A stretch of 64,000 nucleotides of DNA from the NCBI GenBank assembly GCA_035344155.1, contig DAORAL010000010.1, forward strand, positions 24,118-88,117, given 5' to 3'. The notes beneath the pieces were generated by a model. That model was not told the DNA's origin and searched no databases. It saw only the letters and a list, made by a program, of their open reading frames with translations. Shown here piece after piece: positions 36,206 to 45,305 of this stretch (within the stretch, counting starts at the first letter, position 1; every line of letters starts with the position of its first letter). The DNA comes from Phycisphaerae bacterium. Lineage in GTDB: Bacteria; Planctomycetota; Phycisphaerae; UBA1845. Both the position numbers and the translations under genes were made by a program.

Positions 36206-38095
36206 TTACTGCGAATTGGCAGGGGCCAAGTTCCCTTGCGTCATGACGAACACATCACCGAACCGTGCTGAGATGGTGTATCCCAGCGCGTTCGCCTTGC
36301 TCAAGACTTCATCGACACGGTCAGCCGCAATGACGGGATCCCATCGGTCGTGCGCATCAACCACCACAACGTCGGGCCAAGCCGCATCATCAAGCGAATC
36401 GACGACGGCCAACGGGTAGATCGCCCGGTATTCCCAAACGTGCGCCGCGATTCGCTCACTCGCAAGAATCGTGTGCTCACGCGGCTGGAAATTCACATGC
36501 ACGAATGCAACCGCCTGGGCGCGGGGGTCAACCTCTGCCGGCGGCGGTGCGGCAGCCTGCAACCGTTCCGCCTGGGCGATCGGCGAAAAACCCAGCGCCT
36601 GATGAAACAGCAAGAGCGTAAAAAACAGCCCCGAAGCCAATCCGCGCGATGCATCGGGGCGCGGTGCTGGCGACGCTCCCGGCTTCTCGCCAACCACCGC
36701 CAGCGTCGCCGCACAAAAGATCAAGGGCAGCATCGAGCTCTGATGCCAGTACTTGATGTTGAGATACTGCTCGTCGCGCAGCAGCAAGACCAAAACCAGC
36801 GTCGGCAGAATCACCACCAGCAACTTCGCGTGTCGCCACAATCCGATCGCCACCGGCGCAAGCAGCGCCACCAGATAATACGCGGCTTCGGGCCGAGCCA
36901 ATCGACCGGCCACCTCATCCACGCCCACATCGCCAAAAAGCTTCAACCGCGTGTACGTCATCGCCGAAGTGAAATGCGGAATAATCACCTGCGTTGTGAG
37001 TAAAAGATACGCCACCGCTCCCACAACAATGATCACCCCATCACGCCGGCGTTTCGTGAACAGCAGCAAATACGCACCCCAGCCGACCGCCACCCCGCAC
37101 ACCGTCTCTTCACACAACACCGCGAGCACCAGACACACGTGCGAAGCCTTCCAACGATCGCACATCGCCAAACACCAAGTCCACGCCAAAAACGGTACCG
37201 CAAGGTAGATCGACTGAAAGCCATACGTTCCCGCATAGGGGAGCCGCGAGAGCGACGGCAGCAGCAACCAGCAACACGCCACCAGTATCGCCCGTCCCGA
37301 ACCACCACCGCGCCGCTTGACCATCAGGAAAAACGGAATCGCTGCCGCATTCAAAAAGAGCGGCCCAACCACCATCAGAAAAACCGGATGACGCACCAAC
37401 GCATACAGCGGCGTCAGCAGATAGAACATCCAGACCGCGTGATAACCAAGCCGCGTATCCGCAAAACGCTGCGACGCCTCGCGCCACGGCAGGCAATGCT
37501 CCAACTCGTTGACAAACAAACCCATGTCGGCATAGCCAAGCATGTACCGCTGCCAAAACGAATACTGCATCTCCGCGTGCCAAGCCGTACTCCAAAGCAC
37601 GAGCCCAAGAACCAGCCCGAAACCCGACAAGCGTCCAAATGCGTCCGCAAAATAGTCACCGGTCTCGAATTCCGGTGACTCATTAGTATTCTTAACCGCC
37701 ACTGAAACGGCGGCCGCTGCACCCAACGAGACGAATAGCAGGCTCGCGCCGAGATAGCTCGGTGACACCTTAAGCCACACCAGCGCGATCAAGCCAAGGA
37801 CGGGCCAAATGATGTGAACAGGACGCAGTGCTTCGAGAGTCGCGCGTTCGGGTTTTTCTAAAACTTGCCACCGCATCAGTGACGGTGCGCCAAGTACCAT
37901 GAGCGCAAACATCCAGGGTATTTTGGTCGTGCTGACCCGGGGAACATCGATTTGAATCGGTTCGTAGGTAACGACATTGAAGAGGACGCCATCGAGAACG
38001 CACATCCCCAGGACCAGGATGATCCCCGAAACCACACTGTAGACAACCGCCCACGAAGTCGTGTGGCGGTTGGCGGACTCGACGGAAGTGCTCAT
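36206..38095 (-). CDS. Polytopic membrane protein, DUF2079/GT-C-like
   Basis: About 14 TM helices. The GYHAVWMFYLLTPLYAL segment resembles DUF2079. Soluble C-terminal domain. Function not established. Confidence 0.5.
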   Translation of the reverse strand: MSTSVESANRHTTSWAVVYSVVSGIILVLGMCVLDGVLFNVVTYEPIQIDVPRVSTTKIPWMFALMVLGAPSLMRWQVLEKPERATLEALRPVHIIWPVLGLIALVWLKVSPSYLGASLLFVSLGAAAAVSVAVKNTNESPEFETGDYFADAFGRLSGFGLVLGLVLWSTAWHAEMQYSFWQRYMLGYADMGLFVNELEHCLPWREASQRFADTRLGYHAVWMFYLLTPLYALVRHPVFLMVVGPLFLNAAAIPFFLMVKRRGGGSGRAILVACCWLLLPSLSRLPYAGTYGFQSIYLAVPFLAWTWCLAMCDRWKASHVCLVLAVLCEETVCGVAVGWGAYLLLFTKRRRDGVIIVVGAVAYLLLTTQVIIPHFTSAMTYTRLKLFGDVGVDEVAGRLARPEAAYYLVALLAPVAIGLWRHAKLLVVILPTLVLVLLLRDEQYLNIKYWHQSSMLPLIFCAATLAVVGEKPGASPAPRPDASRGLASGLFFTLLLFHQALGFSPIAQAERLQAAAPPPAEVDPRAQAVAFVHVNFQPREHTILASERIAAHVWEYRAIYPLAVVDSLDDAAWPDVVVVDAHDRWDPVIAADRVDEVLSKANALGYTISARFGDVFVMTQGNLAPANSQ

Positions 38096-38257
38096 TTCCA
38101 GATGGTACGTTCGTCAATCCGCTCCCACAATGCCGTAAACCGCAACTTGCGACAGGTTGCAACCGAAATCAACATATGTCTGTCAACCAGCCGCCATTGG
38201 TGTGGTATAATCTATCGAACACACTCGCGGGCCGAACGCCGTAACCACATCGCGGAG

Positions 38258-39232
38258 ATGAACATGATCGATCATCGAACACTGCTTATCAGCCGTCCAT
38301 GCATCGCCATCTTTGTACTCGCAATGCTGATTGGTCCGGCCGATCTCACCTACGCCGACGCACCGCATGATGCCAATGCCGTCAACCGCATCGTCGGAAC
38401 TGTCGTTGACCACGACGGCCACCCGGTCGCCGGCGTGCAAGTCGGTGCCGCCAACCGCAAACTCGGTTACATCACCTATAGCGGTGATGGCCGCCTCTTT
38501 GTTTACGGGCAAGACAAGCGCGTTCTGCTATTCTTCAAAGCACAAAACGGCAGCTCGTCGGTGGAAAACGTGACCGACGAACAGGGTCGGTTCGTTCTGT
38601 CAAACATCATGGACGGGCCGGTCAACGTCGCCGCCGCCCACCCGCAGCATGGCGTTGCATTCATCAACAACATCGACCCGCTCAAAGACGGATCCGAAGT
38701 GAAGCTGACACTCGCAGCGCCGATTTTCGCCAGCGGCAGGGTGCAGGGCGTTCCGGCGCAACATTACAGCCCCATGCCGGGCGACGCAGCGAATCAATAC
38801 AAGTACGCCCGATTTACGCCGGTCGCCCCGCAAACGCCTGACGACATCATGTACAACATTTCAATCACAATCGGACCCGATGGACGTTTTCAAGCTGGAC
38901 CGCTTCCGCCTGACATCGACAAATGGACGCTGGCATTTGATCGCCGCGCCCGCAACTATAGCGCAACGATTCTGGAAATCCCAGTCACCATCTCAAAGCT
39001 GACCGAACATCCCATCGATATCGATTTGACCAAAGGCAAGAAGCTCGCCGGCGCGATTCGCGGCCCGGAAGATGAACTGCTTCCGGATGTTTCGATCAGC
39101 ACGGTTCGCAGCGATGGCATTCGCGTGGGCGGCGTGAGCGATGCAACCGGTAATTACGAGATCGTCGGGCTGGACGACGGCACGTACACGTTGGAAGCCA
39201 AGCGGTGGGCCAGGCGCACCGCCCCCGGTTGA
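38258..39232 (+). CDS. Secreted carboxypeptidase-regulatory-like (CarboxypepD_reg) repeat protein ending at an in-frame TGA
   Basis: Signal peptide (IAIFVLAMLIGPADLTYA). IVGTVVDHDGHPVAGVQV and SDATGNYEIVGLDDGTYTLEAKR are CarboxypepD_reg-type motifs. The frame continues open after TGA 39230-39232. Confidence 0.7.
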   Translation: MNMIDHRTLLISRPCIAIFVLAMLIGPADLTYADAPHDANAVNRIVGTVVDHDGHPVAGVQVGAANRKLGYITYSGDGRLFVYGQDKRVLLFFKAQNGSSSVENVTDEQGRFVLSNIMDGPVNVAAAHPQHGVAFINNIDPLKDGSEVKLTLAAPIFASGRVQGVPAQHYSPMPGDAANQYKYARFTPVAPQTPDDIMYNISITIGPDGRFQAGPLPPDIDKWTLAFDRRARNYSATILEIPVTISKLTEHPIDIDLTKGKKLAGAIRGPEDELLPDVSISTVRSDGIRVGGVSDATGNYEIVGLDDGTYTLEAKRWARRTAPG

Positions 39233-39775
39233 GGCCCGGGCCCCCAGGATATCTCTCTGGTCAGAGAGATCAGCTTCGTCGCAGCCGACAACAAGCCCAT
39301 CGATCTCAAGATCGACCGCTTCCTGATCATCAACCCCGGTGAACCCGCCCCCGACTTTGAAGGCACAACACTTGCGGGCGAAAAGGTCAAGCTGTCTGAT
39401 TTGCGCGGGAAGGTGGTTCTGATCGATTTCTGGGCAACGTGGTGCGCCCCATGCGTCGCCGAGATGCCCAACATCAAGCGCGCCTACGACCAATACAAAG
39501 ACAGCGGCGACTTTGTGGTCCTGGGCATCAGCGTGGACAACGACCCGCAAACAGTGTCACGCTTTGTCACCGCTAAGGGAGTCAACTGGCCCCAGATCGC
39601 AGCCGGCCCATCCGACCTGAACCCGATCGCCAAGACCTACTACGTCTCCGGCGTGCCAGCCACCTTCCTGATCAACCAGGAAGGCAAGGTCGTCGCCAAA
39701 GACCTGCGCGGAAACATGCTGGAGCATTACCTGAAGCGACTCATCAAAACGCAAGATCAACACGCGGCGAAATAG
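39233..39775 (+). CDS. TlpA/ResA-like thioredoxin-fold domain, same frame as 38258-39232, with no start codon of its own before TTG 39401
   Basis: PGEPAPDFEGTTLAGEKVKLSDLRGKVVLIDFWATWCAPCVAEMP...VSGVPATFLINQEGKVV. The fold begins upstream of the first possible start, and there is no separate signal peptide. Confidence 0.7.
   Translation, partial: GPGPQDISLVREISFVAADNKPIDLKIDRFLIINPGEPAPDFEGTTLAGEKVKLSDLRGKVVLIDFWATWCAPCVAEMPNIKRAYDQYKDSGDFVVLGISVDNDPQTVSRFVTAKGVNWPQIAAGPSDLNPIAKTYYVSGVPATFLINQEGKVVAKDLRGNMLEHYLKRLIKTQDQHAAK
39251..39270 (+). other. Perfect 8-bp hairpin with GGUC tetraloop (ATCTCTCT-GGTC-AGAGAGAT) downstream of the in-frame TGA; SECIS-like candidate
   Basis: The stem starts 18 nt after the TGA and the loop starts 26 nt after it. 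The loop sequence equals the E. coli fdhF SECIS apical loop (from memory). Confidence 0.3.
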
Positions 39776-39803
39776 AGGGGCAACGATACGAAGCTTGCAT
39801 CAG

Positions 39804-40859
39804 CTAATCCAACTCGCCCCGGTCGAGACAACAGTGAACGCTCGGTTGCTCTAATTCCCACTCCATCTCGAAGAACTCCGCGCCGCATTGTGAGCAACAT
39901 GCAGCGGCACCTTCACTCATCTGCTTCCGACATCGCATGCAGATCAATACTCCCGGAAATATGACACCAATCGTTCGATCGGTCCTGTCGTTCCGGACAG
40001 TGAATCCCGCCCAAATGACGATTGATACGAACACAACTACGGGAACCGCCAAAGTAAGGTAGAGCAAGGCATGAGGGAATATGGCATCTAGGGCGGGGAT
40101 TGGCCCCAATGCTTGAGCCATCGTGATTCCAGCCAATCCACCCGCGCAAAACCCAACAGCGTAGATTACAACCAGTGTTCTCGTGCTCAGTGATCTACTG
40201 TTGTAAGCAATGCTGAAAAAGATGAGGAGCGTCATGGATGCGACTATTGAAATGCTCAGAACTTTCGACGGTGAAGCAATGTCCCGATTCGAGAACAAGA
40301 TGATGTTGTGCAGTAGCCCAGCAAGCAATATCAATCCAAAACCGAGCCCCAATCCCCCCAAAGCTGCACCTCTGGGAGACCAGAAATAAGACTCATGTGC
40401 AATCCACAAGCGGGCATTGGAGCCCTGCCTCACTTCCCACTCTTGTTCGTAAACTCGATACAGAAAAACCCGAAGTTCATTGAAATCGCGCCCCCATCCA
40501 TAGCTCCAGACAGGCAAAATACAGAGGACAAAAGCGCACAAATAAACCTCGTCCCAAGCATCGCCGTGGAAACGGTCAGAGCCCTTCTCCCACAGCGTCT
40601 CGAAAAACGCGAGAGTCAGAAGTAATCCAACCCCAACACATAGTCCACCAAGCGATCTGTGCCATCCACGAGATTCCTTCGACGCGATGAACAATGAATA
40701 TCCAATCAGTGAGCCAAACACGCTGAACGTTAATACACCGGCACTGACAGTTTGGCTCCAGCAGGCAGAACACATGCTGACGAATACACCAAAAAGTAGG
40801 CCTACACCTACTGTTCTAACTATGGAATGACGAGGTGAGATGAATTCGACACAGCGCAT
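39804..40859 (-). CDS. Hypothetical polytopic membrane protein with C-terminal zinc-ribbon (CxxC...CCxxC), in a visibly AT-richer segment
   Basis: 351 aa with about 9 hydrophobic helices. C-terminus CMRCRKQMSEGAAACCSQCGAEF. Confidence 0.45.
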   Translation of the reverse strand: MRCVEFISPRHSIVRTVGVGLLFGVFVSMCSACWSQTVSAGVLTFSVFGSLIGYSLFIASKESRGWHRSLGGLCVGVGLLLTLAFFETLWEKGSDRFHGDAWDEVYLCAFVLCILPVWSYGWGRDFNELRVFLYRVYEQEWEVRQGSNARLWIAHESYFWSPRGAALGGLGLGFGLILLAGLLHNIILFSNRDIASPSKVLSISIVASMTLLIFFSIAYNSRSLSTRTLVVIYAVGFCAGGLAGITMAQALGPIPALDAIFPHALLYLTLAVPVVVFVSIVIWAGFTVRNDRTDRTIGVIFPGVLICMRCRKQMSEGAAACCSQCGAEFFEMEWELEQPSVHCCLDRGELD

Positions 40860-40901
40860 CGGTCATTTCCATGATCTGCACGAATATTTGGGGTCGTTGT
40901 A

Positions 40902-43166
40902 TTATAGACTCTCGACTCGCAATGTTTCCAACTGAACCAAACCCGAATTAGCCGCGCCTTTCTCGAAAGAGATAGTCACGCAGACATTCTTAAATGCCGG
41001 CGTTTTGGAGCGGGCGTCGGTGGTTTTGGGGACGAGGATGTTGGCTTCGGGGTAGTACATGATGGCGTTGCCGGCTCGCACGTCGAACGGGCGGACGAGG
41101 ATGTTGGTCATCTTTCCCGTCGCGCTCGAGACGGTGACCGGCTGATCGATTTTGAGATTGCGGGCTTCGATGTCTTCGGGGTTCATCAGGATCACGTCGC
41201 GACGTTCCTGGTTCCGGTAGATGTCCTCCTCTTCGTACACCACCGTGTTGAACTGACCTTCGCTGCGCACCGTCATTAGCCGCAACTGATCGCCCTCGCC
41301 TTGAAGCTTCGGCATCGCCACGTTGTGAAACTGTGCTCTCTTGGAAGGGGTCGCGAACACCGGTTCGTGAAACGTCCTGCCCGCGATATGAAACTCGCCA
41401 TCCTTTTTGTTGTCGTCGATCTCGCCGATTTTCTCATAACCGGGGATGGCGGCTGCGATTGCCTTGCGGATGTTTCGATGCTCGGCAAACTTCGACCAGT
41501 CGATCGGCGAATCTTCGCCAAAATAGTCTGCCGCCATCGATTGAATCACGTCGACCTCGCTGCGCGGACCTTCATACCGCGCCTTTCCGCCGTCGCTTAA
41601 ACGCACGAAGTTGAACATCGACTCCTGCGTCGTGGACTGCGCCTCTTCATCGCGGGCTTGCACCGGGAGAATCCACGTCTCCTTGCCCGTTCCATGCGCA
41701 TGACCGGTATTCAGCGTGGTCGAAAGATACACCACCGAATCGATTCCCTGCATCGCCTTCGCCGCAAACTGCTGATCCGGATTGGATGCATACAGATTCC
41801 CACCCAGACAAAGCGCAAAACGCACGTCGCCCTTGGTCGCAGCTTCCATGCAGGCCATCGTGTCCATACCAAAAGTGTCAGGCAGTGACACTTTCAGATC
41901 ACGCTGGATCCGCTCGAAGACCGCTTCCTTAAGCTTCGGCGTCACCCCCATCGACCCGATGCCCTGCACATTGCTGTGCCCGCGCAATGGCAGCAAACCC
42001 GCGCCGGGCCGCCCCACCATCCCGCGCAGCAGCGCCAGGTTCGCAATCGCCTGCACATTCTCCACGCCGTGTTCGTGGTGCGTGATGCCCATCGCCCAGC
42101 AAAACACTACGTTTTTCGCGAGGGCATAGTCCTTCGCGACGCGCCGAATCAGCGATTCCTCAACACCGCAGCCAGCAACAATCTCATCCCACTGCGCAGC
42201 TTCCACCATCGACAGAAACTCAGCCCCACCATCGGTGTACCGCTCGATGAACGAAGTCTCGACCCGCCCCAATTCGCCCAGCGCCTTAGCCACCCCGATC
42301 AAGAACGCGATGTCCCCGCCAATGTGCGGCTGAACGTACGTGCTCGCGATCGAACTGCCGAACAAAAGGGAGCGCACGTCGGACGGCACCTTAAAGCGCA
42401 CCAGTCCAAGTTCCTTCGCCGGATTGACCACGACGACTTTGCCACCGCGCCGACGCAGTTCGACCAGCTCGGCCATCAATCGCGGATGGTTGGACGCAGG
42501 ATTTCCGCCGATCAGAAAAACCATGTCGGCTTGATCGAGGTCATCGAGTGTGACGGTAGCCGTCCCCGATCCGGTCACGCTGGCCAACCCGACCCCGCTG
42601 GCTTGATGGCAATAGTACGAACAGTTGTTGACGTTGTTGGTGCCATACAACCGCGCGAACAGCTGCAAGAGGAAACCGGCTTCGTTGGAAGACCTGCCGC
42701 TGAAATAAAAGAAGCTTTCGTTCGGATCGGTCTCGCGCAGCTTGCCGACGATGCCCGCGAGCGCCTGCTCCCACGACACTTCGCGATAGTGCGTCGCGTG
42801 TTTGCCGAGGTAGAGCGGTTTGACGATGCGCCCGCTCAACTCCAGATCGCGCGGCGACATCCGGCGCAGTTGATCGATGCTGAATCGCTCAAAGAACCCG
42901 CCGCGAATCGCACCCTGAAGGTCAGCGGCCATCGCTTGCATCGACTTTTTACAGACAGCCGGGAAGTTCCCGCGCTCGTTGACCATCCCCCCGCGCTGCC
43001 CGCCCATGCCCAGCGCGCAGGTCTTGCACGCATTCTTGGAAAACATCGCCCGCAAGAGGCGCACGATCCCACCAGCCCGTTGGGCGTATTGCAGACTCTG
43101 CTTGATGGCGTGCCAGCCCCCGCCGGCATTGAGTGGTTTCATGACTTTCATATCGGAATCGACCAC
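40902..43166 (-). CDS. FdhF/YdeP-family molybdopterin oxidoreductase
   Basis: N-terminal NACKTCALGMGGQRGGMVNE...FPAVCKKS (YdeP signature), an MGD-binding domain, and a C-terminal molybdopterin dinucleotide-binding barrel. Confidence 0.85.
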   Translation of the reverse strand: MVDSDMKVMKPLNAGGGWHAIKQSLQYAQRAGGIVRLLRAMFSKNACKTCALGMGGQRGGMVNERGNFPAVCKKSMQAMAADLQGAIRGGFFERFSIDQLRRMSPRDLELSGRIVKPLYLGKHATHYREVSWEQALAGIVGKLRETDPNESFFYFSGRSSNEAGFLLQLFARLYGTNNVNNCSYYCHQASGVGLASVTGSGTATVTLDDLDQADMVFLIGGNPASNHPRLMAELVELRRRGGKVVVVNPAKELGLVRFKVPSDVRSLLFGSSIASTYVQPHIGGDIAFLIGVAKALGELGRVETSFIERYTDGGAEFLSMVEAAQWDEIVAGCGVEESLIRRVAKDYALAKNVVFCWAMGITHHEHGVENVQAIANLALLRGMVGRPGAGLLPLRGHSNVQGIGSMGVTPKLKEAVFERIQRDLKVSLPDTFGMDTMACMEAATKGDVRFALCLGGNLYASNPDQQFAAKAMQGIDSVVYLSTTLNTGHAHGTGKETWILPVQARDEEAQSTTQESMFNFVRLSDGGKARYEGPRSEVDVIQSMAADYFGEDSPIDWSKFAEHRNIRKAIAAAIPGYEKIGEIDDNKKDGEFHIAGRTFHEPVFATPSKRAQFHNVAMPKLQGEGDQLRLMTVRSEGQFNTVVYEEEDIYRNQERRDVILMNPEDIEARNLKIDQPVTVSSATGKMTNILVRPFDVRAGNAIMYYPEANILVPKTTDARSKTPAFKNVCVTISFEKGAANSGLVQLETLRVESL

Positions 43167-43203
43167 CGCCGACGTTGCAAGCCCGCGCAGCTGAGATTTC
43201 GAT

Positions 43204-43809
43204 TTACCGGTTCCACCAGCCCAGCAGACGCGATTTGTCTTCGGGTGTGTTCATGTCCTGAAGCAACCGCATTTGCGATTCATCAGGCGTGATGACGTGC
43301 GTGCGAACGGCTTGAAGTATCGCCTGCATGCGAAATCGTCGATGGTTCACCGCATCGAGGACCTGCGGGAGTATCCGCGGATGGTAGAGCGCACAGCACG
43401 CATAGAAAGGCCGCTTCTCCAGCCCCGTACCGAACGTCACCGCGTCGATCGAATCATCGGCGCGGACGATTTTCAGCATTGAAACAAGCAATTCGGATTG
43501 CAAAAGTGGAAGGTCGCACGCCAAGAGCAGCCCCCATCGATCGGGGGCGTATGCCAACAGGCTGGACAAACCGCCAATGGGACCAGACGCGCCGGACGGG
43601 TCTGGAAGTAGGCGACAGTTGAAAGCGGTTGCGTCGATTTCGCCAGACGTCCCCAGGAGGACCACATCGGACGCCACCGAACGGGCAGCCTCGATCACGT
43701 GGGCGAGGACTGTTTTTCCGCTTGGAAGTGGCTCGAGCGCCTTGGGTCGGCCAAACCGGGAACTCTTCCCCCCGACAAGGATACCAGCCACACAGGGCAA
43801 CTCGGTCAT
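43204..43809 (-). CDS. mobA: Molybdenum cofactor guanylyltransferase
   Basis: AGILVGGKSSRFGRPKALEPL (LAGGxSxRMG-type motif), LLACDLP. Adjacent to the molybdoenzyme. Confidence 0.8.
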   Translation of the reverse strand: MTELPCVAGILVGGKSSRFGRPKALEPLPSGKTVLAHVIEAARSVASDVVLLGTSGEIDATAFNCRLLPDPSGASGPIGGLSSLLAYAPDRWGLLLACDLPLLQSELLVSMLKIVRADDSIDAVTFGTGLEKRPFYACCALYHPRILPQVLDAVNHRRFRMQAILQAVRTHVITPDESQMRLLQDMNTPEDKSRLLGWWNR

Positions 43810-43848
43810 CGAAGCATCTCGTAGCCGCAAGTCGCCAATTGCAGGCCG

Positions 43849-44961
43849 CTAGTCGGCGTAGTTGTCTGAAGCGCTGGCGAACGAATCCAACTGATCGCGC
43901 CCGAAGAACCAGGCGTTGAAGCAATCGAGCAGTATCGTGCGGATGGATACGCTGCTGGACGCATCAGAATGCGAGGCGTCGAGCCCGAGGTCACCAATGG
44001 TCGAACTCCAGATATCCTCGCGGTCCTGAGGCGATTCGATGGAGGGACCATGTCCGCGACGCAATCGCGCGATCTCGTCCATCAGTTCCTTTTCCTTTTG
44101 CGCGCGGTAGGCCAGGTGTTGCCGGACGCCATCGGCATAGCCAATGCTCCGGGCGGCTGACCTGCGAATGTACTCCGTAACCTTGTCGCTTTGACTCATC
44201 CGCGCGTCGCCGAGGAAGACAGCCTCCTGCAAATCCTCCTTGAGGACGCCGATCTGATCCCGAAGAGCCCGAATCTCCTTGTCGCGTTCGGCGATGCCAG
44301 CCAACTGCTTGGCAGTCGACGCTTCGAACGCCCCTGCCTGTGTTGTGACAGCCGTTTCCAGACTGGTGCGCGATGATTCGATGCTCGAAAGACTCTCATT
44401 CAGCTTGGCGCTGGTGTCTCGAAGCGACACGAGTTCCTCCAACCGAGCCGATGCCTGCCCTTCAGCCAATGCGAGGTTCTGTCCCTGGGCCGCCAGTTCA
44501 GACTGGTGGGCAGTGACAAGTTCGTCCACTTCCTCCTGGTGCTCATCCTTCAGGTCGCTGAGGGCTTTGCTGTGTTGCCAGTTGGCTTGGGCTTGTTGGT
44601 CGAAATGAAACCAGGTGCCTGCACCCAACACGACGATCAACATGCAAACCACGCCCGTCAGGAACCGCACGCTGCGACGGGTGGCTGCGATCTGCTCGTC
44701 AAACGAAGCCCGCAGGTCAGACAAGACCGCAAGGAACTCCGGAGCGGGGTCGGTGACGCCATTGCGCAGCGCCACCTGGGTAAAGGCCATGCGCGAGAGC
44801 GGCTGACTGGCTTCGTCAATGCTTTCACCATGCCCCAGTTGCACAAGGGTGCGGCCATTCTCCCCGCGCGATTCGATTGAGTTGGATTTGATGCGTCGCC
44901 AAATTGTTCGTTCGGAAACGCCAAGGGATGCGGCAGCTTCTGCGACGGCCATCCATGCCAT
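43849..44961 (-). CDS. Membrane-anchored HTH (MerR/excisionase-like) protein with a long coiled-coil
   Basis: AGGAGG lies 7 nt before ATG 44961. MAVAEAAASLGVSERTIWRRIK is an HTH_17-like motif. One TM helix (FLTGVVCMLIVVLGAGTWF), then heptad-rich sequence. Confidence 0.55.
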   Translation of the reverse strand: MAWMAVAEAAASLGVSERTIWRRIKSNSIESRGENGRTLVQLGHGESIDEASQPLSRMAFTQVALRNGVTDPAPEFLAVLSDLRASFDEQIAATRRSVRFLTGVVCMLIVVLGAGTWFHFDQQAQANWQHSKALSDLKDEHQEEVDELVTAHQSELAAQGQNLALAEGQASARLEELVSLRDTSAKLNESLSSIESSRTSLETAVTTQAGAFEASTAKQLAGIAERDKEIRALRDQIGVLKEDLQEAVFLGDARMSQSDKVTEYIRRSAARSIGYADGVRQHLAYRAQKEKELMDEIARLRRGHGPSIESPQDREDIWSSTIGDLGLDASHSDASSSVSIRTILLDCFNAWFFGRDQLDSFASASDNYAD

Positions 44962-45305
44962 GCCAAGACCTCCTGTCTCTGCTGTCTTCTGAGATGTCTG
45001 TATGTCAGTCGATATTGACGACACGTGTCAGTCAGAATCCAATGCGGATTAACCGACCGACATTCCCGGTGCATCATTGAAGGGCATTGATCTGCCAGAC
45101 CGAAAAAAACACCCGGTCCCAACATTGATACGCCCCGTGTCAGACATGAAGATCGCCCATTTCCACGGACATGTCGCGTCTGACACATGTCAGTTTGATC
45201 GCAATTGCGCCATGTTGCAAGTGAATAATCCGGGACAACCCGTTGGCTTCGATTGATGCGGGTCGCGGCAGGCAGGCGACCTCATCGCGATGAAACGCCC
45301 ACTTG

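Noticed and set aside
39230-39232. Genome-wide reassignment of TGA (to Gly or Trp) as the explanation for the in-frame TGA.
   Set aside because: TGA clearly terminates several well-defined genes in this window, including the HAD gene, the DUF1778 antitoxin, Phd and the first AP paralog. The standard code therefore applies, and only site-specific recoding or a mutation remain as explanations.
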